The notes under the pieces are model-generated. The model had not been told where the DNA came from. It was given only the letters and a program-made list of their open reading frames with translations, and did not search any database. Positions 51,939-62,719 of a stretch of DNA of 64,000 nucleotides are shown here, piece by piece. Source of the stretch: an uncultured Azospirillaceae bacterium. Its GTDB lineage: Bacteria; Pseudomonadota; Alphaproteobacteria; Rickettsiales; UBA3002. Within the stretch, counting starts at the first letter, position 1, and each line of letters starts with the position of its first letter. Both the position numbers and the translations under genes were made by a program. The stretch lies in contig CAYGTO010000009.1 in NCBI GenBank assembly GCA_964352815.1, positions 5,012 through 69,011 of the forward strand, read 5' to 3'.

Positions 51939-52812
51939 TGTCCGCGTCGCTATAACCCTGTATATAAAGCGCAGTGGTTAAGTCGCCATAATTGATCGCT
52001 GCTCCGGCTGCTTTACGCACCGCAGGTTTCCCCTCATACGCAATGCCGAGGCCTGCCGCTTGAAGCATAGGAATATCATTCGCACCATCGCCAATAGCGA
52101 GTGTTTCTTTCGGATCAATGCTATGTTCAGCCATCAGCCTTTTAAGCTGCTCAACTTTTGCATCTTTACCCAAAATGGGCAGGGCGACTTCTCCGGTTAA
52201 TGCACCGTTTTCGATAAGCAATTGATTCGCGTGATGTGACGCAAACCCGCAGGCCATCGCGACCTTTTCCGTGAAAAACGTAAAGCCACCTGAGACCAGC
52301 GCCGTCAACGCACCATCGGCTTTCATAGTGCGCACAAGGGCTTCTGCACCAGGCGTGAGTGTGATCTGCGCGTGCCAGACTTCTTCTAATGTTGTTTCGT
52401 TCAACCCTTGAAGCAAGGCCACGCGCTCTTTCAGCGCCGCTTCAAATTCCAACTCGCCTTTCATCGCTTTCTCAGTAATGGCGGCGACCTTATCTCTCAT
52501 TCCAACCTTATCGGCCAGCTCATCAATGCACTCCTGCTCGATGATGGTGGAGTCCATATCGCAGATCAGCAGCTTTTTTTTACGATGTTCCACTGGCTGC
52601 ATCGCCACATCGAGCGGCATATCCTCGATGATTTCGTCGAACATTTCCTGCATCACCGGGCTGATATTGTCGACCAGCATATCAAACGCCCGCTCATGCG
52701 ATAGCCAGGCAGTTTTGTCATAGCTTGTGTTGAGCCGCGCGCAGAGCTGCTCGAGCAGCATGGGCATTTCCATGGTTGGCTTGGGGGCGATGCATGTGAT
52801 AACAAACGACAT
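51916..52812 (-). CDS. serB: Phosphoserine phosphatase
   Basis: CDMDSTII..ECIDELA, VSGGF, GDGANDIPM. Confidence 0.93.
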   Translation of the reverse strand: MSFVITCIAPKPTMEMPMLLEQLCARLNTSYDKTAWLSHERAFDMLVDNISPVMQEMFDEIIEDMPLDVAMQPVEHRKKKLLICDMDSTIIEQECIDELADKVGMRDKVAAITEKAMKGELEFEAALKERVALLQGLNETTLEEVWHAQITLTPGAEALVRTMKADGALTALVSGGFTFFTEKVAMACGFASHHANQLLIENGALTGEVALPILGKDAKVEQLKRLMAEHSIDPKETLAIGDGANDIPMLQAAGLGIAYEGKPAVRKAAGAAINYGDLTTALYIQGYSDADITRLQES

Positions 52813-53712
52813 ATGACACACTCTGTTCAGGTATTAATCGGACCGACCGCAAGCGGTAAAACGGCATACGCGCTTACTTTAGCAGCTCAACAAGACCTCG
52901 TCATTATCAATATGGATGCGATGCAAATGTACGCGGATCTGCGGATCATCACCGCGCGGCCGACGCCAGAAGAGGAAGCGCAAGCCGAGCACCGGCTTTA
53001 TGGCGTGCTGGAGGCAACGGTGCATGGCAATGCGGCGCTGTGGTGTGAGCTGGCAGCGCAGGAAATACAGCGCGCAGGGGAGTTAGGAAAGCACCCGCTG
53101 CTTGTGGGCGGCACGGGCATGTATTTGAAATGCTTGATGGAAGGGCTGCCGAAAATCCCAGCAATTTCTGAAGCGGTGAAGGCGCAGGTGGCGGCAATGG
53201 ATAATCTGCATGAATCATTACAAGCATATGACCCTGCCATGGCGCAGCAGCTCGAACCCGGGGACTTTCAGCGTATTCAGCGCGCGCTGGAGGTGAAGCT
53301 GGAAACTGGCCGCAGCCTATCAGAGTGGCATGATGACCCGGTCACGCCGTTTTTCCCTGACGCTGGCTACGATATTACGGCGCTTCTTCCCCCTCGCGAA
53401 GAGGTCTACGCCAAGATTAACGCCCGCTTTGCACAAATGGCAGAAAACGGTGCGATTGAGGAGGTGCGCGAACTTCGTTCGCGGATGACCGGAGGGCTAG
53501 ATAGCCAGATATCCGGTCATCCGTCTATCCGGCCATCCGTCTATCCACTCCTCAAAGCCCATGGCGTCCCCGAAATCCTTGCCTATCTTGAAGGCACGAT
53601 GTACCTCGAAGAGGCCATCAGCAAGGCCCAGCAAAACACTCGAAACTACGCCAAACGCCAAATGACCTGGATCCGTAATCAGCTGCCGGAGGCGAAAAGG
53701 GTTGAACATTAG
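52813..53712 (+). CDS. miaA: tRNA dimethylallyltransferase
   Basis: GPTASGKT, DAMQMY, VGGTGMY, RNYAKRQMTW. Confidence 0.94.
   Translation: MTHSVQVLIGPTASGKTAYALTLAAQQDLVIINMDAMQMYADLRIITARPTPEEEAQAEHRLYGVLEATVHGNAALWCELAAQEIQRAGELGKHPLLVGGTGMYLKCLMEGLPKIPAISEAVKAQVAAMDNLHESLQAYDPAMAQQLEPGDFQRIQRALEVKLETGRSLSEWHDDPVTPFFPDAGYDITALLPPREEVYAKINARFAQMAENGAIEEVRELRSRMTGGLDSQISGHPSIRPSVYPLLKAHGVPEILAYLEGTMYLEEAISKAQQNTRNYAKRQMTWIRNQLPEAKRVEH
53482..53546. repeat. Octamer-based palindromic/tandem repeat inside miaA
   Basis: CGGATGACCGGA (53482) pairs with TCCGGTCATCCG (53512); tandem TCCGGTCA-TCCGTCTA-TCCGGCCA-TCCGTCTA. Confidence 0.7.
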
Positions 53713-53749
53713 GGGTTTAGACTTTAGAAAAGCGTAAAGAGAACACAGC

Positions 53750-53822
53750 GAGGACAGAAGTCCGAGCCCTTTAGTCGGCGAAGCCGTTAGTTCCATCGCG
53801 CGTAACAGAAGTGCAGCGCGGG
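53750..53822 (+). repeat. Conserved structured leader element upstream of ilvB
   Basis: Near-identical to 35560-35630; ends 17 nt before the ATG. Confidence 0.8.
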
Positions 53823-53839
53823 GAAGAAAAGAAAAAACG

Positions 53840-55609
53840 ATGACTCAAGCCAAACAGATGCTCGGATCAGAAATGGTCGTGAAATCTATGCTGGATCAAG
53901 GCACGGATGTCGTGTTCGGCTATCCGGGCGGTGCGGTGCTGCCGCTCTATGATGCCATGTTCAAGCAGAACAAGCTGCGTCATATTCTAGTGCGCCATGA
54001 GCAGGCGGCGGTGCATGCGGCGGAGGGCTATGCGCGCTCAACAGGCAAGGTCGGCGCGGTGGTGGTGACTTCAGGCCCGGGCGCAACGAACACGGTGACC
54101 GGCCTAACCGACGCGCTGATGGACTCGATCCCGCTGGTCTGTGTGACCGGCCAGGTGCCGAGCCATTTGATTGGCACGGACGCGTTCCAGGAAGCCGATG
54201 TGACGGGGATTACCCGCAGCTGCACCAAGCATAATTATCTGGTGACGGATATTAATGATCTTGCGCGGATCATGCATGAGGCATTTTTAGTCGCGCGGAC
54301 CGGGCGTCCGGGGCCGGTGCTGGTCGATATTCCAAAGGATATTTTCAATGCCAGCGGCAAATATGAGACGAAAGATGCCAGCAAGCGCATTTCGTATCGT
54401 CCGATTCCCAAAGCCTCGGCCAAGTCGGTCGAGAAGGCAGTGAACCTGCTCGCGAAGGCGAAAAAGCCGATTTTCTATGTCGGCGGCGGGGTAATTAATT
54501 CCGGGCCGAAAGCGGTGAAGGCGCTGCGCCAGCTGGTGAAGCTGACGGGTTATCCGTGCACCACGACGCTGATGGGGCTGGGCGCCTATCCCGGCAATGA
54601 TAAGCAGTTTTTGGGCATGCTCGGGATGCATGGTTCGCTCGAAGCGAATATGGCGATGCGCCACTGCGATGTGATGATCAATATCGGCGCACGCTTTGAT
54701 GACCGGGTGACCGGGCGTCTGGATGGTTTCTCGCCCGATTCAAAAAAGATTCATATCGATGTCGATGCCAGCTCGGTGAATAAGACGGTGGATGTCGATG
54801 TGCCGGTGCTCGGCGATGCTGGTGAGGTGCTTGAGGCCATGGTGAGCTTGCTGAAAAAGCGTCAGGTGGCCGATGCCGCAAAAGCGGCGCATGCCAAAGC
54901 CGTCAAAGGCTGGTGGAAAGAAATTGACGGCTGGCGTGCGAAAGATTCTTTCAAATTTGAGGAAACGAAGAAAAGCATTAAGCCGCAGCGTGCGCTGCGC
55001 GAGCTCTATGCGCAGGTGAAAAAGGAAGATTTCTTTATCACCACCGATGTGGGGCAGCACCAAATGTGGGCGGCGCAGCATGTTCTCTATCACGAGCCGA
55101 ACCGCTGGATGAGTTCCGGCGGGCTGGGTACGATGGGCTATGGCCTTCCCGCCGCGCTCGGCGTACAGGTGGCAAACCCCGGAAAACCGGTGATTTGCGT
55201 GACCGGCGAGGCGTCCTTCATGATGAATATTCAGGAGCTGTCGACGCTGGTGCAATATCGTTTGCCAGTGAAGGTGCTGATCGTGAATAACCAATATATG
55301 GGCATGGTGCGCCAGTGGCAGGAGATGTTCCATGGCTGCCGTTATAGCGAAAGCTATATGGATTCGCTTCCGGATTTCGTCAAGCTGGCTGAGGCCTATG
55401 GCATGCGTGGCTTGCGCTGTAAAAAGCCGGGCGATCTAAGCAAGACAATTGAGACGATGCTCGCACATGACGGGCCAGTTCTTGCCGATATATGGGTCGA
55501 TCGCGAAGAAAATGTCTATCCTATGATCCCCGCCGGCGCCGCGCATCACGAGCTTGTCCTCGGCCCGGAAGATGATACGGGCGAGATTTTGGATGTGAAT
55601 CGGGTGTAG
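53840..55609 (+). CDS. ilvB: Acetolactate synthase large subunit
   Basis: FGYPGGAVLP, RHEQAAVHAA, TSGPGATN, MGYGLPAA, GMVRQWQE. Confidence 0.95.
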   Translation: MTQAKQMLGSEMVVKSMLDQGTDVVFGYPGGAVLPLYDAMFKQNKLRHILVRHEQAAVHAAEGYARSTGKVGAVVVTSGPGATNTVTGLTDALMDSIPLVCVTGQVPSHLIGTDAFQEADVTGITRSCTKHNYLVTDINDLARIMHEAFLVARTGRPGPVLVDIPKDIFNASGKYETKDASKRISYRPIPKASAKSVEKAVNLLAKAKKPIFYVGGGVINSGPKAVKALRQLVKLTGYPCTTTLMGLGAYPGNDKQFLGMLGMHGSLEANMAMRHCDVMINIGARFDDRVTGRLDGFSPDSKKIHIDVDASSVNKTVDVDVPVLGDAGEVLEAMVSLLKKRQVADAAKAAHAKAVKGWWKEIDGWRAKDSFKFEETKKSIKPQRALRELYAQVKKEDFFITTDVGQHQMWAAQHVLYHEPNRWMSSGGLGTMGYGLPAALGVQVANPGKPVICVTGEASFMMNIQELSTLVQYRLPVKVLIVNNQYMGMVRQWQEMFHGCRYSESYMDSLPDFVKLAEAYGMRGLRCKKPGDLSKTIETMLAHDGPVLADIWVDREENVYPMIPAGAAHHELVLGPEDDTGEILDVNRV

Positions 55610-55610
55610 C

Positions 55611-55680
55611 CCGTTTCGCGTTGCACGTTTAGTGTTGCGCGAAAAAACAAACAACGAGAAACTAGTAACGAGCAACGCGA
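55611..55680. repeat. Heptamer tandem repeats in inverted arrangement
   Basis: CGTTTCG-CGTTGCA-CGTTTAG-TGTTGCG facing AACGAGA-AACTAGT-AACGAGC-AACGCGA. Confidence 0.6.
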
Positions 55681-56232
55681 ATGACCCAAGCAGAACCAAT
55701 CGACATTGTCTATGACATCATCAAAGAGCGGCCGGAAGAGGAGCGGTATATCCTTGCCGTGCTGGTCGATAATGAATTTGGCGCGCTGAACCGTGTGGTC
55801 GGGTTGTTTTCCGCGCGCGGTTATAACATTGAAGCGTTGACCGTAGCCGAGGTCGATGAGGGCAAATCGCTCTCGCGGATTACGATTGTCACGCGTGGTT
55901 CGCCCAAGACCATCGTTCAGATCATGAATCTGCTGAACCGTATCGTACCGGTCCACAAAGTGCATAATTTGACCGTCGAAGGGCCGCATGTGGAACGCGA
56001 GCTAGCGCTCATCAAAGTCAAAGGCAAAGGCGAAGACCGCGTCGAAGCGCTGCGTATTGCTGACATTTTCCGTGCGAAATCCGTGGATGCAACGACCGAA
56101 AGCTTTATTTTTGAGATCACTGGCGCGTCTAGCAAGGTCGATGCGTTCATTGACTTAATGCGCCCGGTGGGGCTGGTCGAAATCGCACGCACCGGGGCGG
56201 CCGGTATGGCGCGCGGGAAACGCGGACTGTGA
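55681..56232 (+). CDS. ilvN: Acetolactate synthase small (regulatory) subunit
   Basis: VLVDNEFGAL.RV.GLFSARGYNI ACT domain, ERELALIKV, EIARTG. Confidence 0.94.
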   Translation: MTQAEPIDIVYDIIKERPEEERYILAVLVDNEFGALNRVVGLFSARGYNIEALTVAEVDEGKSLSRITIVTRGSPKTIVQIMNLLNRIVPVHKVHNLTVEGPHVERELALIKVKGKGEDRVEALRIADIFRAKSVDATTESFIFEITGASSKVDAFIDLMRPVGLVEIARTGAAGMARGKRGL

Positions 56233-56235
56233 GTT

Positions 56236-56349
56236 CGTCATACCGCCGAAGGGCGGTATCCAGTTTCTAACCTTATGTTCCTATCGACAACATGGATTAG
56301 CTTCGCTGGTCTCCGCTTCGCTCCAACTCCGGCCTACGCCGGAATGACA
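56236..56349. repeat. RS3/RPE-like palindromic element
   Basis: GTCAT-ACCGCC-GAAG-GGCGGT-ATCCA ... TGGAT ... TCCGGC-CTAC-GCCGGA-ATGAC. Confidence 0.8.
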
Positions 56350-56434
56350 GATTTGAGGGGTGACAAGTTCCTTGCGTCTCGCGCATAAGCTGCTAAAACC
56401 TTATCCATTAACGAAAAATACACCTCAGACATAA

Positions 56435-57912
<1,478 letters not shown>

Positions 57913-57970
57913 AGCCTATATCCTATGTGTCACTCCTCTCGATACTCTGCCACGTCGCTGCGGGCATGTA

Positions 57971-57988
57971 AATTCACAAAACTGTCAT
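57971..57988 (+). promoter_or_regulatory. Pho-box-like direct repeat
   Basis: AATTCAC-AAAA-CTGTCAT, upstream of orphan 58023. Confidence 0.5.
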
Positions 57989-58022
57989 ACTTTGATTCCT
58001 TTGCTCTGCTAATAATTCTGAA

Positions 58023-58517
58023 TTGATTGGCGAGCAAAAAACAGTACTGCTGTGTGGCGCTGATATAGATGGTCTGGAAAAAACCAAGAACACATTAGAG
58101 AAAGCTGGCTTTAACGTCATACCCGTACTGGCTTATCCGTATGGTTCCGATAAAGTGCAATATGACGCTCTGCAAGAACCTAAATGGGTTCAACATACGT
58201 TTTCTTCTCCGGAAGAATTGCGTGACATCATTGTGGCGTTAGATCTTCCGATCGACTGCATTGTTTCAGATTCCCTGCTAGGCGAAGATGCCCCGATAAC
58301 GGCAAGCTATGTGCTTAGACCTGCGAAGCAGGTATTGGACGTTCCGATAGTGATTTTAACGGAATGTCCTGATGCCTGGATAAGAAACGCAACCTGCCAG
58401 GAAGCGATTGACGCTCTAGGGTCAAAGTGTGCTGTAATACATAAGACTGAGACTGGGGCCGTAATTGAAGGAATTAAGCGTCAGCTAGGTATGGAAGAAA
58501 CGCCGCCACTGCCATAG
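58023..58517 (+). CDS. Hypothetical protein, degenerate receiver (CheY-like) fold
   Basis: KTVLL...LEKAGFNV...IDCIVSD...VPIVILT pattern; TTG start uncertain. Confidence 0.6.
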   Translation: MIGEQKTVLLCGADIDGLEKTKNTLEKAGFNVIPVLAYPYGSDKVQYDALQEPKWVQHTFSSPEELRDIIVALDLPIDCIVSDSLLGEDAPITASYVLRPAKQVLDVPIVILTECPDAWIRNATCQEAIDALGSKCAVIHKTETGAVIEGIKRQLGMEETPPLP

Positions 58518-58559
58518 AAATTTCTTGCGAAATCTCTGACACTTGCCTACACCTACGGC

Positions 58560-60125
58560 ATGAACACACAAGACCCACAAAAGCTGATTATTTTTGATAC
58601 CACCCTGCGCGACGGCGAGCAATCGCCGGGCATGTCGATGACGGTGGAGGAAAAGCTGCTGGTTGCGGAACTGCTCGATTCGATGGGCGTCGATGTGATC
58701 GAGGCAGGGTTTGCCATGTCGAGCCAAGGCGATTTTGATTCGATTAAGCAAATTTCTGAGCGTAGTCAGCAGGCGGTGATTTGTTCACTCGCACGCGGCA
58801 AGACCGGTGATATTGAGCGAGCAGCGGAAGCGCTGAAACCCGCCATTCAAAAAGGCCGCGGGCGGATTCATACCTTTATTTCCACCAGCGATATTCATCT
58901 TGAGCATCAATTCAAAATGAGCCGTGAGCAAGTGCTGGATATCATCAAAGACACGGTGAGCCTGGCGCGCAACTATACCGACAATGTTGAATGGTCGGCG
59001 ATGGATGCGACGCGCAGTGATCCGGATTATTTGATTCAGGCCTGCGAGACGGCGATTGCGGCGGGTGCGACGACGATCAATATTCCTGATACGGTCGGCT
59101 ATGGCACACCGGATTCGATCGCGGAATTGTTCAACACGCTGCGCAATAAAGTTGAGAATTTCGACAAGGCGGTGTTTTCTTTTCATGGCCAAAATGATCT
59201 GGGGCTGGCAACGGCGAATGCGCTGATGGCAGCAAGTTGCGGCGCGCGGCAGATTGAATGCACCATCAATGGGATTGGCGAGCGCGCGGGGAACACCTCG
59301 CTCGAAGAAGTCGTCATGGCGATCAAAACCCGCCAAGACCGGCTGCCATTTACCTGTAATGTGGATGCGACCTATTTGACCCGAGCCTCACGCTTGGTGC
59401 AATCGATTACCGGCCAGAGCGTGCAGGTGAATAAAGCGATTGTTGGCGCGAACGCCTTTGCACATGAGTCGGGCATTCATCAGGACGGCATGCTGAAAAA
59501 CCGCGATACTTATGAGATTATGACACCAGAATCGGTCGGACTGACCAAGTCCGATTTGGTGATGGGTAAACATTCCGGCCGTCATGCCTTTAAAGACAAA
59601 TTGTCAGAGTTGGGGATTACGCTGGGTGATAACGCACTGGAAGACGCTTTCGCCCGCTTCAAGTCACTCGCAGATAAAAAGAAGCAGGTCTATGATGCGG
59701 ATATTTTGACGCTAATCGATCCAGAAAACGCGCCGGATCAGCCCATTACTTTCGAAGCGCTTGAGATAGAATGTGGTACGAGTGGCCCACAAATTGCGCG
59801 TTTGACATTGGATCTCGATGGTAAGGTGCGCACGATTAAAAAGGAAGGTAACGGCCCAGTCGATGCGATCTTTAAAGCCATTAAGGGCCTTGCTGTCGAA
59901 GCCGAAGATGTTCATCTGCAGCTCTATCAGGTGCATGCCGTCACGCAGGGCACCGATGCACAAGCGGAAGTCACCGTGCGTTTAGAGAAGGACGGGTTGA
60001 TCGCGAATGGTCACGGTTCGGACGTTGATACACTCGTTGCTTCTGCAAAGGCCTACATTAATGCGCTATGCGCACTTGAGCGCCAATCTGAAAAGAATGT
60101 GGCGAGCTTGGTTGATCAAGACTGA
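58560..60125 (+). CDS. leuA: 2-isopropylmalate synthase
   Basis: IFDTTLRDGEQSPG, INGIGERAGN, AFAHESGIHQDG, GNGPVDA. Confidence 0.96.
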   Translation: MNTQDPQKLIIFDTTLRDGEQSPGMSMTVEEKLLVAELLDSMGVDVIEAGFAMSSQGDFDSIKQISERSQQAVICSLARGKTGDIERAAEALKPAIQKGRGRIHTFISTSDIHLEHQFKMSREQVLDIIKDTVSLARNYTDNVEWSAMDATRSDPDYLIQACETAIAAGATTINIPDTVGYGTPDSIAELFNTLRNKVENFDKAVFSFHGQNDLGLATANALMAASCGARQIECTINGIGERAGNTSLEEVVMAIKTRQDRLPFTCNVDATYLTRASRLVQSITGQSVQVNKAIVGANAFAHESGIHQDGMLKNRDTYEIMTPESVGLTKSDLVMGKHSGRHAFKDKLSELGITLGDNALEDAFARFKSLADKKKQVYDADILTLIDPENAPDQPITFEALEIECGTSGPQIARLTLDLDGKVRTIKKEGNGPVDAIFKAIKGLAVEAEDVHLQLYQVHAVTQGTDAQAEVTVRLEKDGLIANGHGSDVDTLVASAKAYINALCALERQSEKNVASLVDQD

Positions 60126-60247
60126 TCCATTCCCATACAATTGTGATTCCCGTTCTCCTTACGCTTGCCTTGATAGGCGCTTCGTGTAAATTGGTATCAC
60201 TGATCGTAAGAATCAGCCGCAGTTTGTTCGCGAGGCAATGCCATTAA

Positions 60248-61306
<1,059 letters not shown>

Positions 61307-61313
61307 GTGTGTT

Positions 61314-62174
61314 ATGGCGCCTCGCTCCTCTTCTTTAGACCTTGCGATTTCATTCCGGACCATTGCGAAACGCGTGGGCATTGTGCTGCTCTTTGCGTTA
61401 GCGATTTTATTTTTCGTGATGCAGAAAAGTGAGAATGAAACACTGAAAAATATGAATGCCGGCGTGATTGAATTTATGGCGCCGGTGATCGATGGCTTGT
61501 CAGAGCCGTTTGCCTCCATTGCCTCGTCATGGGTGGGCATTGGTCAGCTGTTTCATGTGTATGAAGAGAATGAGCGCCTGCGGGAAGAGAACCAAGCGTT
61601 GCTGGAATGGCAGCAATTGGCTAAGCAGTTGCAAGAAGAGAATGCGTCGCTTCGCAGCATCGCGAAATATCCGGTGAGTGAGAATAATCATTTGATCACG
61701 GGGAAGGTGACGGCGACGGAGGGCGGTCCCTATACTAAGGCAGTCCTCATCAATATAGGTGCCGTTGATGAGGTGAAACAGCATCAGCCTGTGGTCAATG
61801 AGAAAGGGTTGGTGGGCCGCGTCATTACCGTGCATGACACGACGAGTTGGGTGTTGCTGTTGCAGGATATTAACTCTCGTATCCCTGTTCGCAATGAACG
61901 CACGGGAGAGCGTGCAATCTTGGTGGGAGGGAAAGGCTCAGGTTTGCGCTTGCGTTTCTTACAAGAAGAGCATGCTTTTGACGTAGGCGACCGTTTAGTA
62001 TCTGCAGGGGATGGCGATGTGCTTCCGTCAGACTTACCTGTTGGTGAAGTAACGCATGCTAAGGGTATGATGGTGGAAGCCGAATCCTATATGGTCCCTC
62101 ACCTGTTAACCTATGTGCAGGTCCTCGACCATCAAGTGATGCGTGTCCCGTTGGATAAGAAAGTGAATCAATGA
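61314..62174 (+). CDS. mreC: Rod shape-determining protein MreC
   Basis: N-terminal hydrophobic segment, EN..LR.EN coiled coil, GLVGRV, LL.D.NSRIPV. Confidence 0.9.
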   Translation: MAPRSSSLDLAISFRTIAKRVGIVLLFALAILFFVMQKSENETLKNMNAGVIEFMAPVIDGLSEPFASIASSWVGIGQLFHVYEENERLREENQALLEWQQLAKQLQEENASLRSIAKYPVSENNHLITGKVTATEGGPYTKAVLINIGAVDEVKQHQPVVNEKGLVGRVITVHDTTSWVLLLQDINSRIPVRNERTGERAILVGGKGSGLRLRFLQEEHAFDVGDRLVSAGDGDVLPSDLPVGEVTHAKGMMVEAESYMVPHLLTYVQVLDHQVMRVPLDKKVNQ

Positions 62175-62719
62175 ACTCTCGTTCCTCTATATGGAGTGAT
62201 CAACTTCTCTTCAGCGCGAGTCAGTGTGCGCCGGTGCTATTCATTTTATGCTGGATCCCGCTGAGTTTGGCTATCTACCCGATTGCAGAGTTGCAACGTG
62301 TGTGGCCGGAGTTGGCGGTTGTCGTTATCTTTTTTTATGCGCTCTTTCGCCCCGGCCTGATGCCTTATGGTGCGTTGTTTGTGCTAGGCTTGTTCCATGA
62401 TAGTCTTACGCTTCAACCCCTAGGGCTTTCCTCAGTGCAGTTTATGGCGATGCGTGCGCTTACATGTTTCCAAAGCCGCCTACTGATGCAGCTTCCTTTC
62501 TGGATGCAATGGGCGGTGTTTGCCAGCGCCTTGCTAGCGCTTCAGCTGAGCAGTTGGATCGTTATTGGACTCTATCAATCGGCGATTTTCCCACTAATGC
62601 CGCTCTTCAGTCAATGGTTAGTCACAATCGCCTGCTACCCGTTTATGCATCGTGTGATGTACGCACATTATCACTGGCTTAATACGATGGATCGTACGCG
62701 CCAGCAATGGGAACTGTGA
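62171..62719 (+). CDS. mreD: Rod shape-determining protein MreD
   Basis: Hydrophobic protein with RP.L.P..LF.LGL..D motif in mreBCD-mrdA context. Confidence 0.85.
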   Translation: MNSRSSIWSDQLLFSASQCAPVLFILCWIPLSLAIYPIAELQRVWPELAVVVIFFYALFRPGLMPYGALFVLGLFHDSLTLQPLGLSSVQFMAMRALTCFQSRLLMQLPFWMQWAVFASALLALQLSSWIVIGLYQSAIFPLMPLFSQWLVTIACYPFMHRVMYAHYHWLNTMDRTRQQWEL

